A stretch of 37,101 nucleotides of DNA from Nitrospinota bacterium (GCA_016200345.1 JACQEX010000022.1:1-37101); one strand, 5' to 3'; shown: positions 27,152 through 36,497, counted from the first letter of the stretch. Notes: generated by a model not told the origin, from the letters alone. Translations and numbers: made by a program.

Positions 27152-28048
27152 TCACTTTTTTATATAGGCGAGGAGGGATTTGGCGACGTGCTCGGCGAGT
27201 TTCACGGGGACGGCGTTTCCGATTATCTGCTCCACGTTCGTCGCGCCCCCGACAAGCTTGAAACTTTTCGGGAACGTCTGGACCATGCTTCTTTCCCTCG
27301 TGGTCAGCGGGCGGAGTCCGTGGATTTTCGCGGCGTCTCCCGGATGGCCGGGGTAGCCCTTTGGCACGGGCCTGTTTACGCCGCGCACCGTGGGGCTTGG
27401 CTCGTCCATTCCGAAAACGCCCCTTCTTGAATAGCTTCTCGGATGGCGGTAGTAATGCTCGACGCCGAGGCTCTTTCCAAAATAATCGCGCATGGTCGTC
27501 TTTTTTGTCGTCAGGCCGTCCGCGAGAAAACTTTCCAAGAATCCGTCCTTGGCGCCGACGGCTCCGATTACGAAAAGCCTTTTTCTTTTCTGCGGGACGC
27601 CGCAGTAGCTAGCGTCCAGAACTTTGGCGGTTATTCCGTAGCCGGATTTTGAAAAAACTTTTCGCGCCTCCGCGAGGGTTTTGGAGTTTAGGGCGAGCGG
27701 GACGTTTTCCATTACGAAATATTGGGGATGAACCGTGCAAACAATCTCGGCGAAGGAGATGGTGAGGTCGGCCTTGCCGCGCGCCTCGTCCCTTTTTCCG
27801 GCGGACGAGAAATCTTGGCACGGCGGGCCGCCGATGATTATTTGCGGGTTGAATTTTTTTATTTCCGACGGCGAGTTTTTGTCCGAGAGGTCGCGCAGAA
27901 AGATCGGATGTCCGTGGAAATTGGCCGCGTACAAATCCACGGCCTTGTCCCAGCCGTCGTATGCGGCGACGATTTTACAGCCGGCGTTAGCAAAGCCAAG
28001 GGAAAGTCCGCCCCCCCCGGCGAACAGGTCAACCGTCCTTAACTCCAT
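27152..28048 (-). CDS. DNA (cytosine-5)-methyltransferase, Dcm-like, with no restriction-endonuclease partner
   Basis: Motif I DLFAGGGGLSLGF, motif IV GGPPCQDFSSAGKR, motif VI ENV. 298 aa. Confidence 0.9.
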   Translation of the reverse strand: MELRTVDLFAGGGGLSLGFANAGCKIVAAYDGWDKAVDLYAANFHGHPIFLRDLSDKNSPSEIKKFNPQIIIGGPPCQDFSSAGKRDEARGKADLTISFAEIVCTVHPQYFVMENVPLALNSKTLAEARKVFSKSGYGITAKVLDASYCGVPQKRKRLFVIGAVGAKDGFLESFLADGLTTKKTTMRDYFGKSLGVEHYYRHPRSYSRRGVFGMDEPSPTVRGVNRPVPKGYPGHPGDAAKIHGLRPLTTRERSMVQTFPKSFKLVGGATNVEQIIGNAVPVKLAEHVAKSLLAYIKK

Positions 28049-28069
28049 TGAAAATCCGGAAAAGAAAAA

Positions 28070-28160
28070 CCACGAAAATCACGAAAAGACGCGAAAGGGG
28101 AAAGTTTGGGTTTTGGCAAACGAAAAAACAATTCTTTCGTGAATTTCGTGTCTTTCGTGG
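28070..28160. repeat. right MTase-flanking element, same architecture and orientation as 27056-27147
   Basis: CCACGAAAATCACGAAAAGACGCGAAAGG ... CTTTCGTGAATTTCGTGTCTTTCGTGG. Confidence 0.75.
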
Positions 28161-28172
28161 TCGTCAAATTCG

Positions 28173-29450
28173 TTATCCGTTTTTAAGCAGTTGGTCGAGA
28201 AGGCGGACGGTTTTTTCGAGCGCGCCCCGGTTGTTCTCCACAGTTTTAATCCCCTGTTCCCCGGCGAATCGCGCCGAGTCTTCGTTTGCAAGCCATTCGA
28301 GCAGAAGTTTTTCCAACTCCGCGCCGTCCGCCGCCAGTTTCCCGGCCCCGGCCTCCAGCAGTTTTTGCGATATCTCCCGAAAATTTTCCATGTGCGGGCC
28401 GAACAGAACCGGCGCCCCCCAGGCCGAGGCCTCCAGCGGGTTCTGCCCGCCGTGTGGCACAAAACTCCCTCCCATCACCGCAACGTCTACGGCCTCGTAC
28501 AATTTGGCAAGCTCCCCCATCGTGTCCAAGACCAAAACGGAATACTTCTCGCACTCCATTCCCGACGAGCGAGTGGCGGGCGCGAACCCGAATTTTTCGC
28601 ACAGGGCCGCAACGTCTTTCGAGCGCGTGACGTGGCGCGGGGCGATTACGAAAAAAAATCCGGTTTCGGCGGACGAGATGTTTTTGGCGGTCTGTAGAAA
28701 GATTTCGTCCTCCCCCGGGTGTGTGCTTGCAAAGACCACCGTCTTCGCTCCGGCGGGGATTTTAAAAATTTTCATCGCAGACTCCTTGGAGGTCCGCGCC
28801 GGCGCCGGCCTGTCGAATTTTATGTTTCCCGTCACCGCAATCCGCCCCGCGTCCGCGCCCATTTTTGAGATGCGCTCCGCGTCGTCCGCCGACTGCATCA
28901 TGAATAGCGAGACCTGGCGCAGGACTGGGCCGATTAAATGCCCCGTCGTTTTATAATTGGCGAACGATTTGTCCGAGATTCTACCGTTGGCCACGGCGCA
29001 CTTAATCCCGCTTTTTTTTGCGGCCAAGATGAAATTGGGCCATAGCTCCGTCTCCAAAAACACCACAGCCGACGGGGAGAAGCGGGCGAGAGCGCGACTG
29101 ACGGCGAACGGAAAATCGAGCGGGAACCACGTTAAATGAACCTTTCCGCCGAGGCGGGCCTTGGCCGTCTCCATCCCGGTTTGGGTGCTGACCGAAAAGA
29201 CAATCGGTTTTTTTTCGCGCTCCTCCAGCAACTCCGCAAGCGGGGCCGCGGTGTTCACCTCGCCGACCGAAACCGCGTGTATCCATATCACGCCCTCCGG
29301 GGCGGGATTTTTCCCGTAAAAGCCGAGCTTGCAAAGTAGGCTCTCCTTGGTCTCCTTGCCCGAAAAAAGACGCCACGCGAGGTACGGCGCCAGCAGAGGC
29401 AGGGCGAGAATAAGAATTAGGTTGTATAAAACCAAAAAGAGGAAAGGCAT
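28173..29450 (-). CDS. waaA: 3-deoxy-D-manno-octulosonic acid (Kdo) transferase
   Basis: N-terminal membrane anchor. GT30 motifs (IWIHAVSVGE...). 425 aa. Confidence 0.9.
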   Translation of the reverse strand: MPFLFLVLYNLILILALPLLAPYLAWRLFSGKETKESLLCKLGFYGKNPAPEGVIWIHAVSVGEVNTAAPLAELLEEREKKPIVFSVSTQTGMETAKARLGGKVHLTWFPLDFPFAVSRALARFSPSAVVFLETELWPNFILAAKKSGIKCAVANGRISDKSFANYKTTGHLIGPVLRQVSLFMMQSADDAERISKMGADAGRIAVTGNIKFDRPAPARTSKESAMKIFKIPAGAKTVVFASTHPGEDEIFLQTAKNISSAETGFFFVIAPRHVTRSKDVAALCEKFGFAPATRSSGMECEKYSVLVLDTMGELAKLYEAVDVAVMGGSFVPHGGQNPLEASAWGAPVLFGPHMENFREISQKLLEAGAGKLAADGAELEKLLLEWLANEDSARFAGEQGIKTVENNRGALEKTVRLLDQLLKNG

Positions 29451-30091
29451 CAGTCGAACCTGTCGGCCAAGTCGGTTATCCGGTTTAACTCCGCCCCAAG
29501 CTCGGCGCGTTTCCCCTCCAACTCCTCGTCGGAGAGTTTCGACGGCACGTCCACCGGTTTTCCGAACACGACGTTTATTTTTGAGAATGGGAGTGGAAAG
29601 ATTGTTTTGTCCCAGGAGTTGACCGAAAAACTTTTTTTCGCGCCGTATGCCACGGTGACGATTCTCGCGCCGGTCAGTTTGGCGAGGTAGACGGAGCCGG
29701 GTTGCGCGATTCGCGCCGGGCCGCGGGAGCCGTCGGCGATCATGGCGGCGTTCCCCCCTTTTCTGACGACCCTCGAAAGGGCGATTAGGGCGCGTCTGCC
29801 GTGCTTGAACGTGGAGCCGCGGATTATGGAGAACCCGAAGAGCCTTAGCAGACCGGCAATCATGTCGCCGTCGCCGCTGGGGGAGACCAGGGTAAAAAGG
29901 TTTTTGCCCTGTTTGCGAAAAAGGTACGGCATATAAAAAACCCTGTCGTGCCAGAAGGCGAGGATGTGGCGCCCCTCGGAGGCCTTTAGCGAGCCGCCGT
30001 CGTCAATTATTTTGACGCGCAGGGTCAGCGAGACCGCGTAAAACCACAAAAAGCCGACGAGGGGCGCGACGACGCCCTGTATAATCCGCAT
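29450..30091 (-). CDS. DUF374-family lysophospholipid-acyltransferase-like protein, translationally coupled to waaA
   Basis: 213 aa. Start of waaA overlaps its stop (ATGA). The DUF374-waaA linkage is common. Confidence 0.7.
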   Translation of the reverse strand: MRIIQGVVAPLVGFLWFYAVSLTLRVKIIDDGGSLKASEGRHILAFWHDRVFYMPYLFRKQGKNLFTLVSPSGDGDMIAGLLRLFGFSIIRGSTFKHGRRALIALSRVVRKGGNAAMIADGSRGPARIAQPGSVYLAKLTGARIVTVAYGAKKSFSVNSWDKTIFPLPFSKINVVFGKPVDVPSKLSDEELEGKRAELGAELNRITDLADRFD

Positions 30092-30107
30092 CCCGTTGTT
30101 CCGACGG

Positions 30108-30866
30108 CTACTTCTCTAATTTTGAGGCCGCGGCCTTTAAGAACGGAGCCAGCAGATCCATCGGAAGCGGGAAAACGGTGACGCTGTTGTTTTCCGTCGC
30201 AATCTCCCGCAGGGTCTGGAGGTAGCGAAGCTGTATCGTTATCGGGTGGCGCCCCATTGTTTCCGCCGCGAGCGTCAGTTTTTCGGAGGCCTGAAGCTCC
30301 CCCTCGGAGTTGATTATCTTGGCGCGTCTTTCGCGTTCGGCCTCGGCCTGTTTCGCCATTGCGCGTTTCATCTCCTGCGGAAGGTCAACGTGTTTGATGG
30401 CGACGGAGACGATTTTCAGCCCCCACGGGTCGGACTGAAGATCCAGTAGTTCTTGGAGCCTTGCGTTAATCTTGTCCTGCGCGGAGAGGACGTCGTCCAG
30501 CTCGTGCTGTCCCACCGTGGCCCTAAGGGTGGTCTGCGCGAACAGCGAGGTGTTGTAATGGTAGTCGCCCACTTTAATGACGGCGTTTTCGGCCTCCATC
30601 ACGCGGTACATGACTACGGCGTTGACGGTTATGCTTACGTTGTCCTTTGTGATGATGTCCTGCGCCGGGACGTCGAGCGCGACGAGGCGCATATCCACGC
30701 GCACCATGGTCATAACGCCCGGGAGGAGGAAACGAAGCCCCTTTTCGTATGTGGTGATGTATTTGCCGAACATGAACACGACCCCGCGCTCGTATTCGTA
30801 GATTACCTTGATGCTACTCGACCCGACCATGAACAACAGAACGATTATCGCGATTACAGTTACCAT
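30108..30866 (-). CDS. SPFH/band-7 (stomatin/prohibitin-like) membrane protein
   Basis: N-terminal TM helix, SPFH core, C-terminal coiled coil (AKQAEAERERRAKII). Start reassigned to the internal ATG at 30866, which has AGGAGG 6 nt upstream. The track's longer N-terminal extension is rejected. Confidence 0.8.
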   Translation of the reverse strand: MVTVIAIIVLLFMVGSSSIKVIYEYERGVVFMFGKYITTYEKGLRFLLPGVMTMVRVDMRLVALDVPAQDIITKDNVSITVNAVVMYRVMEAENAVIKVGDYHYNTSLFAQTTLRATVGQHELDDVLSAQDKINARLQELLDLQSDPWGLKIVSVAIKHVDLPQEMKRAMAKQAEAERERRAKIINSEGELQASEKLTLAAETMGRHPITIQLRYLQTLREIATENNSVTVFPLPMDLLAPFLKAAASKLEK

Positions 30867-31060
30867 CGTTACCCTCCTTGAAATGTTGCCCCTATAATAT
30901 CGTAAAAACAGGTAGGAAGAGTGAATTTCACCACAGAGAGGAAAGAAAAGAAGAAGGATTTGCCCTTCCCCTCCCTCACCCTCCCCCGTAAAGGGTGAGG
31001 GCAAAATAATCGTTTCCCCGTACTCTCCGTGTCTCTGTGCCTCTGTGGTTCATATCCGAA

Positions 31061-31315
31061 TTAGTAATGGTAACGGCAGGCGATAACAACAATCTCGCCG
31101 GCTTTCACCATGTAGACCAGCCGGTGCTCCAGATTGATTCTGCGCGACCAGCAACCGGCAAGGTTGAATTTCAGCGGCTCCGGTTTTCCGGTTCCCTCGA
31201 ACGGCGTTCTTTTTACCTCCTCAAGAAGGGCGAGGATGCGGTCGGCTATTTTTCGCTCGTGGCGGATCCAACGGCGAAAGTCTTCCAACGCCGTGGGGGT
31301 GAAGGAGACGTTCAC
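31061..31315 (-). CDS. yoeB: YoeB/Txe-family type II toxin (ribosome-dependent mRNA interferase)
   Basis: 84 aa. Conserved WSRRI and EHRLVY motifs. Overlaps the antitoxin gene by 4 nt. Confidence 0.9.
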   Translation of the reverse strand: MNVSFTPTALEDFRRWIRHERKIADRILALLEEVKRTPFEGTGKPEPLKFNLAGCWSRRINLEHRLVYMVKAGEIVVIACRYHY

Positions 31316-31566
31316 AAATTAATTTTTTCCAGCGGGACGGTTTTTCCGCGTTTTGCCTCGTCTAGGGATTTTGCAAGACGTTTTGCGTTTGCGGGGTTGG
31401 AGAGCAGGTAGTCGGTCTCGATAAGGGATTCGTAGTCGTCCTGGCTCATGATGATGACGTTTTCCCCGCGCTTTCGGGTGACGACCACCGGTTCGTGGTC
31501 GCGGCAGGCCGAGTCCATGACGACCTTAAGCTTTTGTCGCGCCTTGGTGTAGCTGACAGCCTTCAT
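31312..31566 (-). CDS. yefM: YefM/Phd-family antitoxin
   Basis: Core starts MKAVSYTKARQKL with GGAGGA 5 nt upstream of the ATG at 31566. The upstream in-frame extension in the ORF track is judged spurious. Confidence 0.85.
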   Translation of the reverse strand: MKAVSYTKARQKLKVVMDSACRDHEPVVVTRKRGENVIIMSQDDYESLIETDYLLSNPANAKRLAKSLDEAKRGKTVPLEKINL

Positions 31567-31582
31567 ACTTTCCTCCAAATTA

Positions 31583-31600
31583 TGTACATAATATTGTACG
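31583..31600. promoter_or_regulatory. candidate yefM-yoeB operator TGTACATAATATTGTACG containing TGTACA core hexamers
   Basis: YefM-YoeB operators in E. coli are palindromes built on a TGTACA core. The site overlaps the likely -10 region 17 bp upstream of the antitoxin start. Confidence 0.5.
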
Positions 31601-31757
31601 CTAGCATTTATTTTTCCGCTCCGCAAGGCGGGGAAACGCAGTTGGAAATAAGCCTTGAGGTTTGCGGGGGGTGTTGATATACTCACCGCTTGTTTTTATT
31701 GTTGATAGAAAACCATTTAAAGACCGCGTGATGGTCATTTGGAAGGGGTGAGAGTTT

Positions 31758-31940
31758 TTGCCCGGTATTAGGATAAGGGAAAACGAGTCTTTTGAATTTG
31801 CCCTGAAGCGCTTCAAAAAGCAGTGCGAGAAAATAGGCGTGCTGTCGGAGATACGCAAAAGGGAGCATTACGAGAAACCGTCGGTTAAGAAGAAAAAGAA
31901 GATAATCGCGGCCCGTAAGAAGAAATACAGCCGCTTTTAA
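31758..31940 (+). CDS. rpsU: 30S ribosomal protein S21
   Basis: 60 aa, [28 protein letters not shown] start. Confidence 0.9.
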   Translation: MPGIRIRENESFEFALKRFKKQCEKIGVLSEIRKREHYEKPSVKKKKKIIAARKKKYSRF

Positions 31941-31954
31941 TTTCGAGGTTTGAA

Positions 31955-32413
31955 TTGTCGCTTAAATCGCGCATCGAGGAAGAGTTTAAGACCGCCTTCA
32001 AGGCGCAGGATAAGTTCACCGTGGGCGTCCTGCGCATGATCAAGTCTGAGATGAAGAATCGAGAGATTGAGAAGGGTGGGGCGGGGTACGTCCTTACGGA
32101 CCCAGAGACCGTGGCCGTAGTCTCCGCCGCCATCAAAAAAAGGCGCGATTCCGTGGAGCTCTTCACCAAGGGGGGCAGACAGGAAATGGCCGACGCCGAG
32201 GCGAAAGAGGCCGAATACCTCGCAAAATTCCTCCCCGAAATGATGGGAGAGGACGAGCTAAAGGCCAAAATCTTGGCGGTTATCGCCGGGATGGGTTCCC
32301 CCACGAGCAAGCAGATGGGGCAGGTCATGAAGGCCGTTATGGCCGAGGTGGCCGGTAAGGCGGACAACTCAATGGTAAGCAAACTTGTTAAAGAGGCTCT
32401 TCCAAACGCCTGA
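31955..32413 (+). CDS. yqeY: GatB/YqeY-domain protein
   Basis: 152 aa YqeY fold. Classic position directly after rpsU. Confidence 0.85.
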   Translation: MSLKSRIEEEFKTAFKAQDKFTVGVLRMIKSEMKNREIEKGGAGYVLTDPETVAVVSAAIKKRRDSVELFTKGGRQEMADAEAKEAEYLAKFLPEMMGEDELKAKILAVIAGMGSPTSKQMGQVMKAVMAEVAGKADNSMVSKLVKEALPNA

Positions 32414-32419
32414 TAATAA

Positions 32420-32452
32420 AAGCCGTTTAATTTTCGCGGCTTGGCATTTTTC
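32420..32452 (+). terminator. possible attenuating terminator between yqeY and dnaG (AAGCCG-loop-CGGCTT followed by a T-run)
   Basis: 6-bp stem, 11-nt loop, then GGCATTTTT. In E. coli an internal terminator lies between rpsU and dnaG in this operon (established knowledge). Confidence 0.3.
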
Positions 32453-32480
32453 TATTGTTGGCTTGTCGGGGTGAGAGGAT

Positions 32481-34205
32481 ATGGCCGAGTTGTTTCCGCC
32501 GGATTTAATCGAGCGCGTCCGCGACTCCGTTGACATCGTCGAGCTAATCTCCTCCTACGTCACCCTTAAAAGAAGCGGCGCCAACTACATGGGGCTCTGC
32601 CCGTTCCACTCCGAAAAAAGCCCCTCTTTCAGCGTGAGCCCCGCCAAGCAGTTTTACCACTGCTTCGGGTGCGGCGAGGGGGGGAACGCCATTTCCTTCA
32701 TCATGAAACGTGAGGGGCTTTCCTTTCCGCAGGCGGTGGAGCAGTTGGCCGGGCGGGCCGGCATAACCCTTCCCAAACGATCCGAGGAGTCGCAGGAGCA
32801 CTCGAAAATTCTGGAGATAAACAAGCTCGCCGCCGAATTCTATAAATCGCAGTTTAAAAAGAACAGCCCCGCTTGGAAATACGCGGAGGAGCGCGGCCTT
32901 TCGCCGGAGACATTGGAAAAATTCCGCATCGGCTACGCGCCGGACGCGTGGGACGCCTGCCTTAAGCATCTGCTGACGAAAAAAATCACCGAGGCGGAGG
33001 TCGAGAAGGCCGGCCTCGCCAAAAAAAGCTCCGCCGGGAACCTTATTGACAGGTTTCGCGACCGGCTTATGTTTCCGATATTGGACGAGCGCGACAGGGT
33101 CGTTGCTTTCGGCGGACGCTCTTTAATAAAGGACGACAACGGCCCGAAGTATCTAAACTCGCCGGAGACGCAGGTGTACGTGAAGGGGAGGGTGCTATAC
33201 GGCCTTAACCGCGCCTCGCAAAGCATCCGCAAGAAGGACCAGGCGCTGATAGTGGAGGGGTATATGGACCTCATCGCGCTACATCAGGCGGGGGTGGAGA
33301 ACGCCGTGGCGTCCTCGGGCACCGCGTTCACCGAGTGGCAGTGCAGGCTTTTGCGAAGGCACACCCCGAATCTCGTGATGGTGTTCGACGGCGACGAGGC
33401 GGGCAAAAAGGCGGCGCAAAGGGCCACGGACGTGGCGGCCACGCTGGGGCTGAGGCCGGCGGTGGTTATGCTCCCGGCGGGCAAGGATCCGGACGACGTG
33501 ATAAAAGGGGGCGGCGCGGAGGCGTTTTTGGAGATCGTAAAAGAGGCCAAACCGTACATGACCTACCTCATCGAGCAGGCCTGCCTTAAGCACGACATGA
33601 CGACGGGCGAGGGGCGGGCCGACGCCGCGCGCTCCATGTTGCCGGAGCTTTCCCGGGTGCGGGATCCGCTGGAGCTTGCGAGTTGCATAAATTTTCTCGC
33701 CCAAAAAACGGGCATCCCTGCGGAAAAAATCGAGGCGCGGCTAAAGGGTAAACCGCCGGAGGCGCGACCCCAGGTCGGCGCCAGAACCCCCGCGCCGTTG
33801 AACGCGACGCTCAACAAGCCGAGGCCGATTAAGCCCGCCTCCCAGCACGAGAAAATCGTGATGCGCGGCTTTTTGGACCATCCGTCGGAGTTGAACGGGA
33901 AGTGGAAGGACGTGACGGCTGACGATTTTGAGACCCCGGGATTCGGCGTGATGGCGGATCATATAAGGAAGTGCCTCGCCGAAAACACGGCGTCGGCGAG
34001 CGACATGATAGACCGGCTGGAGGACGCGGAGCTTGGAAAGAGCATGAGGGCGCTTGCGATGGACGACGGACGGCGCCCCCCGGCGGGACAGTTGGACGCG
34101 TATGTGGACGACCTGCACAAGGCGGGCGAGGCGCGCCGAAAAGAGGCCGAAAGAAGGCGCGAAATAGCCCTTAAAAAAAGCGAGGCGGATAATTTGAAAA
34201 GCTAG
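32481..34205 (+). CDS. dnaG: DNA primase
   Basis: CHC2 zinc finger (CPFHSEKSPSF ... HCFGCG), TOPRIM domain (EGYMD ... DGDEAG), C-terminal helicase-interaction region. Confidence 0.95.
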   Translation: MAELFPPDLIERVRDSVDIVELISSYVTLKRSGANYMGLCPFHSEKSPSFSVSPAKQFYHCFGCGEGGNAISFIMKREGLSFPQAVEQLAGRAGITLPKRSEESQEHSKILEINKLAAEFYKSQFKKNSPAWKYAEERGLSPETLEKFRIGYAPDAWDACLKHLLTKKITEAEVEKAGLAKKSSAGNLIDRFRDRLMFPILDERDRVVAFGGRSLIKDDNGPKYLNSPETQVYVKGRVLYGLNRASQSIRKKDQALIVEGYMDLIALHQAGVENAVASSGTAFTEWQCRLLRRHTPNLVMVFDGDEAGKKAAQRATDVAATLGLRPAVVMLPAGKDPDDVIKGGGAEAFLEIVKEAKPYMTYLIEQACLKHDMTTGEGRADAARSMLPELSRVRDPLELASCINFLAQKTGIPAEKIEARLKGKPPEARPQVGARTPAPLNATLNKPRPIKPASQHEKIVMRGFLDHPSELNGKWKDVTADDFETPGFGVMADHIRKCLAENTASASDMIDRLEDAELGKSMRALAMDDGRRPPAGQLDAYVDDLHKAGEARRKEAERRREIALKKSEADNLKS

Positions 34206-34331
34206 CCAATTTGTGTTAGTCTACCCTCTTTGTGTCGTAGCCCCGATTTATTCGCTGAATAAGGGGGAGGAAATCGCGATTGAATCGTGGTTTTTTTGGC
34301 TAATTAACCGTTTTTTGAGGTCTCCACCGAA

Positions 34332-36056
34332 ATGACCATTAAAAAGCTCCAGAAACTACCCGAGGTTCAACAGCTTCTAAAACTTGGCAAAGGCAAGGGG
34401 TTCGTAACCCACAAGGAGTTCGCCACCGCTTTTCCGCCCAACCTCTTCAATGGCGACCAGCGCGACAGCCTTTCCCGCTATTTCGTCGAGGAAAACTCCG
34501 TTCCCATCACCTCCGACGAGGAAAAGAAGCCGCATAAGGCCGCAAAGCCGGTAGTAAACTCGACCTTGGCGGACGAGGTGGAGGACGTTCCTTCGCTCTC
34601 CTCCGAGGATCCGGTCAGGATGTACCTAAAGGAGATGGGGAGCATTCCGCTTCTTACACGCGAGGGCGAGGTTTTCATCGCAAAGCGGATAGAGACCGCG
34701 CAAAACAACATTCTCGACGCGATCGTGACCTGCCCCCTGACGATGGAGGAGATCCTAAAACGCCTCGCCGGGCTGAAGGACGGAAGCATTCCGGTCCAGA
34801 CGCTCGTCAACTGGGGGGACGTGGAGGAGACGCCGCTTACAAAAATTATATCCGAGGGGAAGAGGGTGGAGCGCACCATCGGCAAACTGAACAACGCATA
34901 CCTGGACTGGCGCAAGTTCAACTCCAAACCGGCGCCGAAGAAACAGACCCCCAAGGAGGCGGCCAAGGTCGTCGAGAAAAATAAAAAGCACATAGAGGTG
35001 TTGAGGAAACGGCTGGGCGACATCAACCTCAACCAGGGGCGGTTAGACGAGATAATCGAGGCAATCGGCGTTAAAAACCGCGCGTGCCTCTCGCTGGCGC
35101 ACGAGATTGACAAAATGACCGTCTCGTTGGAGCCGCCGGCCGCCGTCAAGGGAAAGAAAAAAGGGAAGGCCGTCCACGTCGTCCACCACAAGCCGGTGAA
35201 CAAGGCGGAGGTGAAGAAAAAAATTCTCGTCGCGCGGGCGAAGTTGAAGGTGCTTGAAAAAGAGACCGGCCTTGGCGGGCCGGTTTTGGCCGCGATAAAG
35301 AGAAGGATAGACATAGGCCGGCTGACCGACAGACAGGCGAAGAAGGAGCTTGCCGAGGCGAACCTTCGCCTCGTGGTCTCCATTGCGAAAAAATACACGA
35401 ACCGCGGCTTGCAGTTTCTCGACCTGATTCAGGAGGGAAACATCGGCCTTATGAAGGCGGTTGACAAGTTCGAGTACCGCCGCGGCTACAAGTTTTCGAC
35501 CTACGCCACGTGGTGGATTCGACAGGCAATCACGAGGGCCATCGCCGACCAGGCGCGGACGATAAGGATACCGGTGCACATGATTGAGACCATCAACAAG
35601 CTCATCCGAACGGCGCGGCACCTTGTGCAGGAGCTGGGGCGCGAGCCGAAGCCGGAGGAGATAGCGCTTAAGATGGGCATGGCGGTGGAGAAGGTTCGGA
35701 AGGTTTTGAAAATCGCGGAGGAGCCGATTTCTCTCGAGACGCCGATTGGCGAGGAGGAGGATTCGCACTTAGGGGACTTTATCGAGGACAAGAAGATGCT
35801 CTCGCCGGTTGACTCGGTGATTAAGATGAATTTGAAGGAGCAGACCGCGAAGGTTCTGCAGTCGCTCGCGCCGCGCGAGGAGATGGTGCTGAGGAAACGC
35901 TTTGGAATCGGGTTGGACGCGGAGCACACGCTCGAGGAGGTCGGCCAGGATTTCGAGGTGACGAGGGAGCGCATAAGGCAGATAGAGGCGAAGGCGTTGC
36001 GGAAGCTGAGACATCCGAGCCGGAGCAAGCGGCTTCGCAGTTTCGTGGAGTCTTAG
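34332..36056 (+). CDS. rpoD: RNA polymerase sigma-70 factor RpoD
   Basis: Regions 1.2, 2 ([37 protein letters not shown]), 3 and 4 ([17 protein letters not shown]). Confidence 0.95.
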   Translation: MTIKKLQKLPEVQQLLKLGKGKGFVTHKEFATAFPPNLFNGDQRDSLSRYFVEENSVPITSDEEKKPHKAAKPVVNSTLADEVEDVPSLSSEDPVRMYLKEMGSIPLLTREGEVFIAKRIETAQNNILDAIVTCPLTMEEILKRLAGLKDGSIPVQTLVNWGDVEETPLTKIISEGKRVERTIGKLNNAYLDWRKFNSKPAPKKQTPKEAAKVVEKNKKHIEVLRKRLGDINLNQGRLDEIIEAIGVKNRACLSLAHEIDKMTVSLEPPAAVKGKKKGKAVHVVHHKPVNKAEVKKKILVARAKLKVLEKETGLGGPVLAAIKRRIDIGRLTDRQAKKELAEANLRLVVSIAKKYTNRGLQFLDLIQEGNIGLMKAVDKFEYRRGYKFSTYATWWIRQAITRAIADQARTIRIPVHMIETINKLIRTARHLVQELGREPKPEEIALKMGMAVEKVRKVLKIAEEPISLETPIGEEEDSHLGDFIEDKKMLSPVDSVIKMNLKEQTAKVLQSLAPREEMVLRKRFGIGLDAEHTLEEVGQDFEVTRERIRQIEAKALRKLRHPSRSKRLRSFVES

Positions 36057-36069
36057 GATGTTTTCGGTC

Positions 36070-36101
36070 GGGTGCGGATAAATCCGCACCTACCATTTTT
36101 A
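36070..36101 (+). terminator. rho-independent terminator of rpoD (GGTGCGGAT-aaa-ATCCGCACC + TACCATTTTT)
   Basis: Perfect 9-bp GC-rich stem followed by a T-rich tract 14 nt after the rpoD stop. Confidence 0.7.
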
Positions 36102-36229
36102 CCGGCGTTATTGTAAGATTTCGACGCTTCGCTTTGCATAGAGGAAAAAGCGAAAAAAGTCGCAAGTTTGCGTTGTGTAAGCTTGTCCCCGCGAAGGCGG
36201 GGAGCGGCGTAAAATAGCGGCTTTTTTTA

Positions 36230-36306
36230 GGGCCTATAGCTCAGTTGGTTAGAGCCCCCGGCTCATAACCGGGTTGTCCTAGGTTCAAGTCCTAGTGGGC
36301 CCACCA
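36230..36306 (+). tRNA. tRNA with CAT anticodon (elongator Met or lysidine-type Ile2; G1-C72 pair argues against initiator)
   Basis: 77-nt cloverleaf folded by hand: acceptor GGGCCTA/TGGGCCC, D-arm GCTC-AGTTGGTTA-GAGC, anticodon arm CCCGG-CTCATAA-CCGGG, T-arm CTAGG-TTCAAGT-CCTAG, CCA encoded. Confidence 0.85.
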
Positions 36307-36363
36307 AAATAAACAAAACTCCCCATTCGGGAGAGTTTTGCTTATTTTTGATGTAGGCCCGCT
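36299..36363 (+). repeat. 65-bp direct repeat copy 1, spanning the last 8 nt of the tRNA plus its terminator
   Basis: Identical at every base to 36498-36562. Confidence 0.9.
36315..36349 (+). terminator. tRNA intrinsic terminator (AAAACTCCCC-attc-GGGAGAGTTTT + GCTTATTTTT)
   Basis: Hairpin plus T-run 9 nt after the tRNA CCA end. Duplicated within the second 65-bp repeat. Confidence 0.7.
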
Positions 36364-36497
36364 AGGACTTGAAGGCGAGCCGACGGCCCGACGAGTAGGA
36401 GGGCATTCCGCACGTGATGTGCGGAATAGTCGGCGAGGTGAGCCTACGCAGGAGGGAACACGATGTTCCCGACGTAGTAGGCATTCCACAGTCTTTC

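Noticed and set aside
27021-28172. Type II restriction-modification system (endonuclease partner for the C5-MTase)
   Set aside because: No additional ORF of plausible size exists between accA and waaA. The flanks are occupied by the 91-bp repeat elements, so the MTase is treated as an orphan.
30867-31004. N-terminal 46-residue extension of the SPFH ORF given in the track
   Set aside because: The internal ATG at 30866 has an AGGAGG Shine-Dalgarno 6 nt upstream and is followed directly by the TM helix. The extension has no homology features and would cover the promoter region (TATAAT at about 30893).
31567-31686. N-terminal 40-residue extension of the YefM antitoxin ORF
   Set aside because: YefM/Phd antitoxins are about 80-90 aa. 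The conserved N-terminus begins at MKAVSYT, where a GGAGGA Shine-Dalgarno is present. The extension would read through the TGTACA operator and promoter.
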